This document shows positions 25,606 through 38,250 of a DNA stretch of 64,000 bases, piece by piece. Under the pieces are notes generated by a model. That model did no database searches and was not told the origin of the DNA. It saw only the letters and a program-made list of their open reading frames with translations. This stretch comes from Squalus acanthias. Its lineage: Eukaryota. Each line of letters begins with the position of its first letter. Positions within the stretch are counted from its first letter, which is position 1. The stretch is from contig CM059447.1 of assembly GCA_030390025.1 (NCBI GenBank), positions 24,056,001 to 24,120,000 on the forward strand, given 5' to 3'. Both the position numbers and the translations under genes were made by a program.

Positions 25606-28069
25606 TTCCCTATCACAACATGGATTAGGTAATGAAGCTTTCATTCTGCTGTATCTTTTAAAAATTATTTTGTGACATACGCAATAAAATGTATGCGTCT
25701 TTCTATAATAGTATGACTAAAGGATGTGATCTGTTTTGCCACGTTGTAAAAAAACTTGCAATGTAATCAGTTTATTGGCAACTTGCATTTCCGGAAGGCT
25801 CGTCACATATAAGAAATATCTCAGAGCATTTAAGACAGGGCAGAGGTGGACACTGAACAGAAAGACAAACTGCTGGAGCATCGGGGACAAATGGGTTTAC
25901 GGATGGTAGAAGAAAGACGGATTTGAAGGAAAATTCAGGAAACCAGGGACACAGTAGCTAATTGTAGAATAGTCTCTAATGGTGGAGCAGTGACGCCGCA
26001 TTATAACGGAATCAGAGTAAGGGTGAGTGAGCTGGGATACATTGATCGGATAGAGATATGATAATTTTACAGCAAATGCTGTCACAAAATTACATTAGGA
26101 TTGCAATTAAATATTTTCTATCAACTATTGAAATGTAGGGCTTTGATTTTAATTTTTTAAATTGTGTATTGGGAAGTTGGGTGTATAAAGAGAAAATGTT
26201 GCAAATATACAGCATGTTGGTCAGCATCTGAAAGTGAAAATGGTTAATGTTTTAGGCAGGAACTGGCCAGTTATGATAAAAGGTCCCAGTTAAAGTGCCA
26301 TTGTTTCTGTTTGACACACTAACTGGAACTTCGGAGCGAAGATTAGAAATTTGAAAGTTATTCAAGATTGAGACTTCAGTTGAAAATTGAGCGTCTGTAA
26401 TTATTGGAAGAGCAACAACCCACCTTCAATAAGCTTGCAGCAAACACATTTTATCTTGTGTGTTCATTCTAATCCAGTTTTTTTAAATGTTAAATTTGGA
26501 TCCGAGAGCGGATTGCTCAAGTTATGGTTAATTTATCTTCAAGAGGATCTAATCTGAACCATTTTGCCATTGGAAGTAAAAGTAGATGTTGAGCTCTTTG
26601 AAAACCTGCTGGGTGCCCAATATTGCAGGTATGTTTGTGAATGTCGAGTTTATTTTTCCAGCAGGTGCTCTGTGTACAAATGCAATCTGTCCTCAAATCA
26701 AACATTTCAGAAAATACCAACTCATGTCAATATTAACAATTACAATTGTCTTTCTGCTACTGCATTTAGATGGGTGATTTTTTTTAAATGCACATCTAAA
26801 TATTCTATTTCACCAACATGGCCAGATTAATGCACAGGATATTTTGTGAAATATGTTCATCTGAAGCCAAATGAGGTCACCAGTGTATGCACTCCTGGCT
26901 GAAATAAATGACCAGAAACAGAACAAACAAAACCAAACATTCTTATGAACTCCACTTGCATCTACAGAATCTATTGTACAGAATAACAAAGATGGGGGTG
27001 TAATTTGTTCTTAGAAAAAAAGGCACGTTGAGGTGAGATAATGCTAGAAAAATAAAGTTGGAGCAATAGAATTCACAGCAATATCGGAACGCTCAGTGAG
27101 TTGCTGGTTTTCTGCACACTCCAGCTTATATGTATGAAAATATTCCAGGATAATACAACATGGGGGGATGGGTGAAACAAAAGTTTAGGACTGATGTCAG
27201 GAAGGACTTCTTACGCTAAAGAATGACCAACATTTGGAATAATATCCAGGTAGAGTAGTGGAGATGAAAACCTTGGACTCATTCAATGGTCAATCCAATG
27301 ATATCAAGGAGGGAACATAGATTTTTAAATTCTGTATCAATGAGCTGAATCGTTTTCCTTGTCCGTATGGTCTTGTGATGTCTGGGCACTTCAGAATGGT
27401 CTTTAGTATATCTGTCGCCCTCTATTGGTGATTCACATTACTGCGTTTCCTTGGAACAATAGGCTTTTCATGAAGCTGCTACCCTCTGCCTGCTGTTCAT
27501 GTTACTGCAGCCACGTCAAAGTACAGTGATGAGATTTTGATTGAGTTGCAATCTTCTGCTGGTCATCTATAGTACTATACCTCAGTTTGAGTTATGTACA
27601 AAAGCACATGAATTTTTAAGAACAGACCTGTGCCTTTTTGATTCATGCAAATCTTACCTTTTCTTTCCAGGAACACATTTTGTTACCTCTTTAACTTGTG
27701 TTTAGGATTTGCTTTGATATCATTTGCATCAATGGTAACTTATTCCACAACATCTAATGCAATTTAGGTGGAGTTCTCCATTGTGAACAACTTGCCTGGA
27801 TCTCCTTCATAACCTTTGGTGATGCCACCTCAAATTCTCCTCTTTTCCAAAGAGATGAAGCTTAAGTTTCTTAATCTTTCCTCATATCTTAGAATCCTGA
27901 TACTGAGACACTTGGTCACTTATTTCAGCAGAGGAAGGAGGGAGCAACATAGATGGTGGAGGGACTGAGCAGGATGGGAGCTTGAGGCAGACATGAAACA
28001 GGCAACGAGGCCTGAAGCAGTTCGGAAGCTGGAGACGAGAAGCAGGGGAAGGTCACAGGTGGATTCATT

Positions 28070-29165
28070 AGGGTGTGGCAGTGTAGTGGTTACGGTAGTG
28101 TACTAGCAACCCAGAGATTTTGAAAATGCATTCAATAAATCTGCTAAACTGCTGGGTTACCACCGCAAACAAGATAATCACAAAGGTGCCAGATTGTTGT
28201 AAAAATACAACTGGTGGGAAGTACTACCCTGATCTGGTTTAGCCAATGTGTGATTCCTGTCTCACACTGTCTGGTTGACTCTTCAGCCACCTCAGTTGTC
28301 AGGGAAACGAGGGATAGGCCATTTTGCCCACAAATTGAGATCAATTGAAGAAAATAGAGAATTACGGATTCAAAAACATGTAAACCAACAAAAATATTAG
28401 TGCCAGAGAGGCAGTGACCTGAACAAAAATGATTGAACACCAGAAATCTATCACAAGGTTTTTCTGTCCTACCTTTCAGATCACTCTAAGCTCAAATCCT
28501 CCGGGGACACAGCTTAAGTGTTCTTACAAATATGAACTTCTCAGAAGTCAAGTGAAGAAGGACATTGTGACTCAGGAGCAAGTGCTGAGAAGAGTAACAA
28601 GCATGATATCCAACTTGAGAGCATTGAACTACGAATATATACTTGATGCTTTAGGTTTGTACTCGCTAGAGAAAGGAGACTTAGAGGGGATCTAACCCAG
28701 ATATTTATGATTTTTAAAATAAAAACAGCATGAAGACCAACAGTGAAGTGGTTGTGTTACTGGACGAGTAATCAAGAGACATGGACTAATAATCCAGATA
28801 ATGCGGTTTACAGATAATGCGGGTTCCAATCGCACCATGGTAGTTTGAGAATTTGAATTCAGTTTTTTTTAAATCTCTATAATGCTGGTACCAGTAAAAA
28901 TGACCATGAAGCTGTTGGATTGTTGTAAAAACCCAACTGGTTCAGTCATGTTCTTTAGGGAACCTGACATCCTTACCTGGTCTGATCTATATGTTACTCC
29001 AGTCCCACACCAATGTGATTGACTCTTGACTGCCCTCTGACCTAGCAAGCCACTCAGTTGTATCAAACTGCTTCAAAGTGGTTCAAGAAGAAGGCCCACC
29101 ACCATCTTCTCAAGGGCAACTGGGATGGCCAATAAATGCCCACATCCCAAACAAGAATTTTTAAA
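28070..29165 (+). mobile_element. Two copies of a tRNA-headed SINE bearing the 3' tail of the 20-kb LINE, nested with CR1 remnants
   Basis: Heads ..GTAGTGGTT..GGACTAGTAA..CCAGAG..GGTTC; tail GGCCCACCACCATCTTCTCAAGGGCAACT..AATAAATG matches the LINE 3' end. Confidence 0.6.
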
Positions 29166-31131
29166 AAATAGTGTGTTTGTGGTGTTGAGGACAGGAAGGA
29201 CTCGGAGCCACCCATATAAACTGAGGAAGCAGGGACTGCAAGTAATCGGTGTCCACTACCTTGCTAGGAATTCTATTCCACAGATTCCGAAGGAGGGAGT
29301 GAACATTAATTACTTAAAAGCCTTCAAAAAGTTGATAGATTGAGGTGATCACAGCATATGGAAGGTAAGAGTAATCCATTTTCGATTAGAATTATGTCAG
29401 GGGTACTTTATGTTTGTTTATTTATATATTAAGGATGAGACAAGACCATCAAGCCCATATGTGCTCGCCCTCCAATATCAACTCTCTTTTCTTCCTTGGC
29501 TTCAGGCCTTCTGGGGGCTGCCTGATTGACCATGAGAGGTCAGAGAGGAATGTTTTACAGAAGATTAGGGGAAAGAAAGGTTGGGATGTGGCAATTAATC
29601 CAGCCAAGAACAGGGGTAAGTTTATATGGGCCGCAAAGATCTTTACTCCTCATAAATACATAAGTCTAAACACAAAGTCAGCCCTGGTATTAGGCGAATT
29701 CCTAATATATTTTCTGCATATTACTTGAGCCAGAACTTCCCCAGAAAGCTACAGAATTAACTATTAAGATATTTTGAGCCAAGCTGTATGTATGTGCATG
29801 AAAAAACAAAAAGCATACAAGAGATTCTAGTTCTTTTGATCTTGTTGAGATGCAGAGGGAGAATTACACAGTAATTCTGAGGCTGAATGGGTATTTGACA
29901 ACAGGAACACTACAAATTGTTATGACTGCCCAATCAGCGCCAGACTGTCAGCACCATTTGTTGTGTTTTACTAATTGGGGTGCAAGGTGTTTCAGGATTG
30001 AGCAATGCTACCATAATTCAAACAAAGGTTCTGACATAGGTGGAGATCCATAATCGCATGGAAAATTCCTCCCCACACTCCAAGAAATACACAAAAAGTA
30101 AACTTCCAAGATAAAGGGCTCTTCTCCATTAAGAAAGCACACAGCCCTAGGAAAGCCACATAGCTCTGGTCTCCGTGCAAGACAGTTCATTTAGATACTA
30201 TCCAGATTTCTGAAGATAAAATAAAAAGTCCCATTGAGATGCATACAGTGTTCACTAAACAGCGAGGCTCCTGTCAGAACTAACAAAGTCTTCTCCACCC
30301 TAACATAGCCAATAAGGTGACCCAGGTGACAGAGAGAAGTCCCATTCATAGAACACAATACCTTCATTATATAACGCCAGATGTTCAATGAGCGTCAATA
30401 TGTGACAAGGCTGAAAGCATCTCCCTATTCCAATCATTTGATAACCACTTGAGCTTTGCTCTTGATGTTGACCTTTTCAGAATCTCCAAATCATATTACA
30501 GACGTTGTAGCAATCTTCCTAGCAACAGCAAGTTATAAATGTTTCGAGTAATAAAGACATCAGTATTTTAGTTTCAGTACACAATCAATACATCGGCCCG
30601 GAATTTGTGGTCAGTGGCGAAGCGAAGGTGTTTGCCGCCAGCCCTGAAGTATGCTTCACACAAGCATCTTACAGAACTTCGGGTTTTCCGACGTTCAGTT
30701 CAAATAAACGGTGGTTAGTGGGGATCCACTTGTGCGAGCTGCTGTGACATCAACAAGCTAAGCAGCCAATCAAAGCGTAGAATTCTCACAGGCAGCGAAC
30801 AAGGAAGTGAGTGAGCTCTTAAAATACTAACTTTTTAAAATTGTTAGAGAGAGCTAAACAAAGATTGGGGCTCTCACATGAGGAAAAGACAAACCTGAAA
30901 TAAAGATTAAAAAAACCTTTTTTTTAAAATGTTTTAAAGTTTCTGAAAATTTTTAATTAAAAAAAAAAGGATATATTTCACACTGCACAAAATTAAAATG
31001 AGTTTTTCAGGGCCATAACCTTTGTTTAGCAGTCAGTACGCTGTTTAAACCCCAGTTACACCTAATCTCTTTGGGTCTAACTTTTAGTGGGAAGCTTTCC
31101 GTCCGTTTCCCTGATTTGAGAGATTACACTG

Positions 31132-31363
31132 NNNNNNNNNNNNNNNNNNNNNNNNNNNNNNNNNNNNNNNNNNNNNNNNNNNNNNNNNNNNNNNNNNNNN
31201 NNNNNNNNNNNNNNNNNNNNNNNNNNNNNNNNNNNNNNNNNNNNNNNNNNNNNNNNNNNNNNNNNNNNNNNNNNNNNNNNNNNNNNNNNNNNNNNNNNNN
31301 NNNNNNNNNNNNNNNNNNNNNNNNNNNNNNNNNNNNNNNNNNNNNNNNNNNNNNNNNNNNNNN
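31132..31363. other. Assembly gap (232 N)
   Basis: Run of N characters. Confidence 1.
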
Positions 31364-32698
31364 CGAGGGGGGAGGGGGGAGGACGAAGGGGGAGGGGAGG
31401 GGGAGGACGAAGGGGGGGAGGGGAGGGGGAGGACGAGGGGGGAGGGGAGGGGGAGGACGAGGGGGGGAGGGGGAGGGCGAGGGGGGGAGGGGGAGGGGGG
31501 GCGAGGGGGGGACGGGGAGGACGAGGGGGACGGGGAGGACGAGGGGGACGGGGAGGACGAGGGGGACGGGGAGGACGAGGGGGGGAGGGGGGAGGACGAG
31601 GGGGGAGAGGGGGAGGACGGGGGGGGGAGAGGGGGAGGACGGGGGGGAGGGGGAGGACATGGGGGGGAGGGGGAGGGGAGGACGAGGGGGGGGAGGGGGA
31701 GGGGGGAGGAGGGGAGGGGGGAGGAGGGGAGGGGGACGGGAGGAGGGGGAGGGGAGGGGGGAGGAGGGGGGGCAGGAGGACGAGGGGTGGGAGGACGAGG
31801 GGAGGAGGGGAGTGGGAGGGGGAGGACGGGGAGGTGGAGGACGGGGGGGGAGGGGAGTGGGAGGGGGGAGGACGAGGGGAGGGGAGGACGGGGGAGGGGG
31901 AGGACGGGGGGGAGGGGGAGGAGGATGACGGGGGGAGGTGGAGGATGGGGGCGAGGGGGAGGACGGGGGGAGGGGGAGGACGGGGGGAGGGGGAGGATGG
32001 GGGGGAGGGGGAGGACGGGGGGGAGGGGGAGGAGGGGGGGAGGGGGAGGACGGGGGGAGGGGGAGGACGGGGGGAGGGGGAGGACGGGGGGAGGGGGGAG
32101 GACGAGGGGAGGGGAAGGACGGGGGGAGGGGGAGGACGGGGGGAGGGGGAGGACGGGGGAGGGGGTGGACGATGGGAGGGGGTGGACGGGGAGGACGGGG
32201 GGAGGGGGAGGATGGGGGGAGGGGGGGACGGGGAAGGGGAGGACGGGGAGGGGGTGGACGAGGGGAGGGGGTGGACGAGGGGAGGGGGTGGACGGGGGGA
32301 GGGGGAGGACGGAGGGAGGGGGAGGACGGGGGGAGGGGGTGGACGAGGGGAGGGAGAGGACGGGGGGAGGGAGAGGACGGAGGGAGGGGGTGGACGATGG
32401 GAGGGGGAGGACGATGGGAGGGGGAGGACGGGGGAGGGGGAGGACGGGGGGAGGGGGAGGACGGGGGAGGGGGGGGACGGGGAGGGGGAGGACGGGGAGG
32501 GGGTGGACGAGGGGAGGGGGGTGGACGAGGGGAGAGGGTGGGCGAGGGGAGGGGGAGGACGAGGGGAGGGGGTGGACGAGGGGAGGGGGTGGACGAGGGG
32601 AGGGGGGTGGACGAGGGGAGGGGGAGGACGAGGGGAGGGGGTGGACGAGGGGAGGGCGTGGGCGAGGGGAGGGGGAGGACGAGGGGAGGGGGTGGACA
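31364..32698 (+). repeat. Polypurine G-rich minisatellite of GGGGGAGGAC(G/GA)-type units
   Basis: About 1.3 kb almost entirely G/A, made of degenerate 11-18 bp units. The Pro/Gly-rich ORFs here are artefacts of the repeat. Confidence 0.95.
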
Positions 32699-35686
32699 GC
32701 ACAGCCTATGGAGGAGCACTGAATGACAGAACGCAACTTCAGGATTTCGGCATGCGCCTGCGCCAAATCCCAAAGTTGCGGTCAGTTTCAAAGGCGGAAT
32801 GACGGCCACACTGCCAGTTCACCGTCATCCCAACCACAAATTCTGGGCCACCAAATTGGTTTGGAAGATTTTAATTTGTTGAGTGCAACATAATATTGAC
32901 AGCCACCTGCTCTTATTTGAATGCCTTTTGTTTGAACCTGTGAGAAACTATTTTGATCATGAGTATTTCATGTTGCCAATATCTTCAGTATTTGTGCCGT
33001 TATTTTCAATTTTTAAAGTCCAATCTAGTTACATTTTTACAGCATGCATCGAAGTCAAAACTGTCTTTCAACTATTAACAGTGTTTCAGCCCATCATCTC
33101 AAAGCAGTTTGGTCCCATTAGACAAGCAATCCTGTTATTAACCAGTTGACCATACAGGCAGCTAGCAGACTTTCTGATATTCTGGTGCACGACTTGCATA
33201 TCAGATCAATCAGTTCTGAGAATAGCTCCAGAGTGTTAGACAAGCATCTGCAAGTGTTGCATACATTCAACAGGTCACAAACATGCAGACATTTTTATAG
33301 AATATAAATGTGCGTGACAGATTTCTGCTTCTATCACAAGCAAATTAGGAATGTTTTTCAATTAGTCTCAGTTTCAACAATAGAATTCAGTTAAAATCTT
33401 CTAGCCAAACTAAAGAAGAAAACTTACTGCCTCAAAAAATTAAAATAACTACCTCTTTAATGAATGCTCTTAAATATAACTTAATATTAATAGGCAGCTT
33501 TCTGATTGAGTATGCCCCCTCTCATTTAAAGAATTACTCATTCATAATACAATTTACTATCTCCCTTAATTAATTTTTATCAATGCAGCATACAAGCCTG
33601 CTTTAAATTTAGGAAGGAAACCAATATTAATATGATACATCTCAGATGGAAGTGATAACGTTAAGGGCAATGGCGCAACTGTTTGATGTGCTCCAGGTGC
33701 AGGATGATCACTTGTGCTGATTTTAAAGTTCCACTTCTACTGTTAAAGAATTATCAAGTTTAAAATTAGATTTACTTCACAACAGATTTTTTTTCAAACT
33801 CGATGAACAACTGTAAGAATTTGAATGCTCTTGACGAATGATTGAACTTTAGCAAAAGAAATCCAGAACTGTGCCTGTCTATATTACCATCTTCATTCCA
33901 ATCATCTCCCACACACCAGCACAGCCCTTCAGCTGAAACAAGAGTCGGCCATTCTGTCCATTGGGCTAACTGCCATTTTTTGTTAACTTTTAACAACTCT
34001 ATCTGTTTAATTCCAATTCCCTGTCTTTTTGCTGATATATCTTAATACCCAAGTAAGCACCTTTCTCCATTTGAAATACCTTAATTGACGTTGCTTCTGT
34101 ACCAGGGCAGTGTGCTCCAAACTTCACTCAAAGCAGATCTTTCATATCCCGGTACTCAAAGCTGACTGTAAAGGTTTTGCCGGCAAGATCTAAATCTGAG
34201 AATATTTAATGTATTATTGTTTTGTTAATTTTGCATCTATTTTGTTTTGGTAGATGTTCATGTCAGTCTGTGCTTCAAGGGATCCTATTATAACCAGCAA
34301 TCCACAGGCTCACCTTGGGACTGTGAATCACAGTCTGCACCCAGAAAACAGCAACTCCATTTGTGATCCTAGACTAACTTCCTCATGACCCAAGTCTCTT
34401 AGCTGCTCAATCATTCAGGGAAACCTAAATGTGGAGAGGTGGGGAAGGAAGATATTTTTAGTACAAGAAGAAAAATGGCTAGATGTGATTGATGTGCATA
34501 AGGGTATATTACACTCATTTGAAGGCAATGACATTTATATTGATTTGGACAGAGGAATGGAATAATTTATTTGGTATTTGAGTAAGATAGGTTTAGAGAC
34601 TGTCTAATTGTCAACATTATCACAGGCCTTTTTTTCTTACCTAGCTTTCTGTCATAGAGCATGCTCTAAAATTATATCTTTTCCTTTCTCTCTCTTTATT
34701 TTATCCTTACTCTCATTTAGGTAGGCAGATTTATGATCACCTCCTCTGCTACTACCAATCTTACATTGCTCTGAACCCCAGTACAAACCACAGCAACAAA
34801 AGATTTTATATCTTATACTTTGCTAATTGAAATATAATTACTCATTGGTGCCCTGCTCCTTTAATCATGACAACAACTTAATATAGAAGTGAAAGGTCAA
34901 TCACTTCTTAATGTGAAGCTTATAAAGAGGTTCCCTTGTCACAGATTCAATATAAATTATTGTTTATGCAACTTTTCCCTAAACAAGAGATGTAAAACTG
35001 AGAAGAGTAAGGAGATCTCCTAGTGTCCTCTAAACATTCCTCTGTCAACTATCCCCACTGAAAACAAGTCATTTATCTAATTTGCTCTTTCTGTGATCTT
35101 ATTATGCACAATTGGCTACATAATAACATAAAGGCAATGATTGGGATTGTGCAAAAGTAATTAATTGGTTGTGATGCACCTTGAAACACCCAGAAGGAAG
35201 TGATGAGGTGCTATACAATTAAAACTTCTTTTTAAACACATTTAAATTGCATAATTTTGTGAATTGAATTTGATATTTAGATTTCATTCCAGCAAGGGTA
35301 GCTATTTTCTCACATTGAAGAAAGTCTAACGGTTCCTTTACTGAAAACACTAGATGGAGTGCAAGCCCAATGCAGCCATATCATTAGCTGGAACAAAATC
35401 TAGCAATATAAAAAAAGACAATTTTAATTCGACTGAAAATAATCTTTATTGTATTCTTTCTACAAGTATTTTTGCTTGAAGTGAAAAATTTCTGTTTGGT
35501 ACTTTCTTATAATCCAGAGAGTCTCACTCTGCATCACTATGGAATCACCTCAGGCCCAACATCAGAATTAGGAGCTGAGTTGAAACAAGTCACGGCAGTC
35601 CCACAGACCTGGACAACAGAGGGGAGGCAGTGGAGGAGGGTGGTATGGTTCACTGTGTCGAAGGCTGCAGATCGTGAAGGAATAAT

Positions 35687-36424
35687 GGGCCGGATTTTCC
35701 GATCGGAGGCTTCCTGCGTGCAGATGCCTCCAATCGGGAAAAATCTACAAACTTACCTGCTGGCTCCGTAGGTCCCGAGACTTCCAATCCTGGGCCTCTC
35801 CTGGTCCGCGCGCGCAGGGGTCCAGGTATCCCAGGGGCGCAGGCGGTTCGCAAGCGTCCCTGGGATCACGTGGGCCATGGGGAACCAATGAAAGAAGGGA
35901 ATCCCCCTGCACACTTTTGACAGGTCTCTCCGCATAGATCTGTCAAAAGTATGAATGGGGATCACATTAAAAACACAGTTAAACATTAAATACATTTTTT
36001 TTAAATCACGTATTTAAAATTAGTTAAAATTACATTAAATTAAATATTTTAAACAAAGTTTTTTACGGGGCTAAAGTAATCATACCTTTTGTAAAAAGTA
36101 TTTTGAAATTATAAATGAGTGAAAAAAAAAATATTTTTTTACATTTTAAACTCTTATGCTGGTAAAAGCAGGCCTCACGCCTGCTTTTACCAGGCGTAAG
36201 ATTTTTAAGGGTTTTCAGTGGGCGGAAGTTCTGCAGAAAGCGGAACTCTGCCCGCGGAGGCCCTTCTGCAGGGTAGGCGGACGATCTGTCAAGAGGATTA
36301 TTGACAGATCGGAAGTGCCGGGTTTTAGCGCATGCACTTCGCATGCCTGAAACCGGCACTTGTGAGGCCCCTACGGGTGCGTACACACCTCGTACCCACC
36401 CGTGGGGGTCGGAAAATCCGGGCC
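35687..36424. mobile_element. Harbinger-type MITE with a 3-bp AAT target-site duplication
   Basis: TIRs GGGCCGGATTTTCCGA / TCGGAAAATCCGGGCC flanked by AAT on both sides; the empty site is visible in the paralogous flank at ~47015-47030. Confidence 0.88.
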
Positions 36425-37174
36425 AATAATGCACTACAGTCACAGAAAATGTCATTCGTGATTTTGGTTAGGGCCACAGAGCTGGGAGGTGACAATGCTT
36501 TCAAGGACCTTTGAGTGAATAGGGAGGTTGGAGCGGGTCAAGGGTGAGTATTTTGAGAAGGTGAGTGATGACAGTGGTTTGAGAAGGAAGTGGGTAGGAG
36601 GGTGGAGGGAGGGGAAAGGGGCAGTGCTTGAACTAAAAGTAGAAGATGTGATGCTGAAGAGATGTAAATATTTACAATGTTAACCAAAATGGGGCAGGAA
36701 GGGAGACTGGGTGGACAGGAGTTTAATGGGATGGAGTTAAGGGAGGGAGCAGCAGGTAGGTCTCAGCTGAAATGAGCTTGGATAGAGCAGGGGGGCGGAC
36801 ATGAGGGAGAAAGTTTATGCTCAGTTAGCTAATCTCAGCTGGGGAAGGAGTGGGCAGATCACAATTGACCTCAGCACCTCTGCACTATTGTGGTGAGAAT
36901 TGGCCAGGACTGCTGCTAGAAGTGCATCAGGGCTAGATTTGAACTATTGAGCAGTCGACCGGTGGAGCACGCCAGCTGCAGCTTGCTGGATTTGGACTGG
37001 TGCAATATCATGTAGCCCAGCCAGCAGCCAAGGTAAGCCCTGGACAGACAGCAATCACGGGGCAGGGTGGAAAGAGAGAGAAGCACAGGGTGGCAGCAGC
37101 TCAGATTATTTTTGTCTGGCCTGGAAGAGCTCTCCTGCTCCTCATTGCCCCACAAAAATTATTCAAAACTTACC

Positions 37175-38222
37175 TTTTTCAGACCTCTTCGACTGTGCAC
37201 AAGATCTCAGGATTGTTATACAGCGCCTGCAAAGCCACATGGGTGCAGTCGATGGTACCCTGCACCATGGGGAAGCCCGCTATCCTGGCAAAGCCACATG
37301 AGCGCTCGTCCTGCTTCTCTCTGCTCAGAGAGAAGACATCGTAGTCCCTTCTCCTGGTGTCGAGAGCCTCAGTGACCTCCCGGATGCAGTGATGGACGGC
37401 AAACTGCGAGATGTCAGCTATGTCTCCTGCTGCAGACTGGAAGGATCCACCGGTGAAGAAAATGAGGGCCACGGTGACCTTGACTGCCACTGGGAGAGCC
37501 ATGTTCGCCCTGCTCTCCCTGCTCTCAGACTGCTGGTCTGGTTGTAGGAGGTGGCAGAGTTCTGTGACCACCTCCTTGGTGAAGCGGAGCTTCCTAATAC
37601 ACTGCTCCTCGCTTAAATGGATATAAGGGAAATGCTCTCAGAAGATCCTAGGTGGGTAAGACCTCCTGTTGAGAGCCCTCCTCCTCCTCCTCCCTCTGCG
37701 TACATCTTCTCCCCTTCTTCACTGCCTCCACTCCCTCTTCCAAAGATACTCAAGCATGAGGGGGACTCCCAGTAGAGCCCCCATGATTGTGAGAAAGTGT
37801 TGTGAACAGAAGCCTTTAAATTAGAATGGAGGCGTTCTCCACTTGCAACAACACTTCCTGTTACCTTAGAACCTTGAAAGAAGTTTAGAAAGCTGCTGGA
37901 GTTGCAGAAAGTTGCACAGAGCCAGTCAAACTGAACAAACATGTGAGGTGCAAGTAGCTGCTGTTTACATCACTGCTGGAGCCTCTTTCCTGCTTGTCAA
38001 TGCTTGCTCAGCTCGTCGAACTTAAGGCATGCCAAACTCGCAGATCAAGTGAGCATTGCACACTCACTGACGTCATGATCTGCACCGTTTCCATGAGTTT
38101 AGCGATCGCTGATATTGGCAGTGCAAAATTGGTGGACGTCGCGAGACCCGCTGGCAGCTAGCGTAAGAGTTCGCCCGAATCTAGCGGTAATAGGTGGCGC
38201 TAAGCCCCCGAATTTCTAGGGC
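37175..38222 (-). mobile_element. Truncated Harbinger element (one end plus N-terminal transposase) immediately 3' of SECTM1/B7-like gene A
   Basis: ELCHLLQPD..ALPVAVKVTVAL.FF..GSFQ..GFARIAGFPMVQGTIDCTHVAL; terminus GCCCTAGAAATTCGGGG at 38222. Confidence 0.85.
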
Positions 38223-38250
38223 ATTAATTTCAATCGCTATTAAGCATCGG

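Larger units (their letters stand above)
30595..32849. mobile_element. Harbinger-type MITE containing an internal repeat expansion and an assembly gap
   Basis: TIRs GGCCCGGAATTTGTGG / CCACAAATTCTGGGCC; arms are colinear with 5707-6526. Confidence 0.75.

Noticed and set aside
31071-32809. Long Pro-rich and Gly/Arg-rich ORFs (260-560 aa) on both strands
   Set aside because: They are translations of a low-complexity G-rich repeat and an N gap, which lacks stop codons by composition.
33772-33935. Minus-strand ORF with a CWCV motif after a possible acceptor (thyroglobulin type-1-like)
   Set aside because: No other Cys residues of the domain and no partner exons were found; probably chance.
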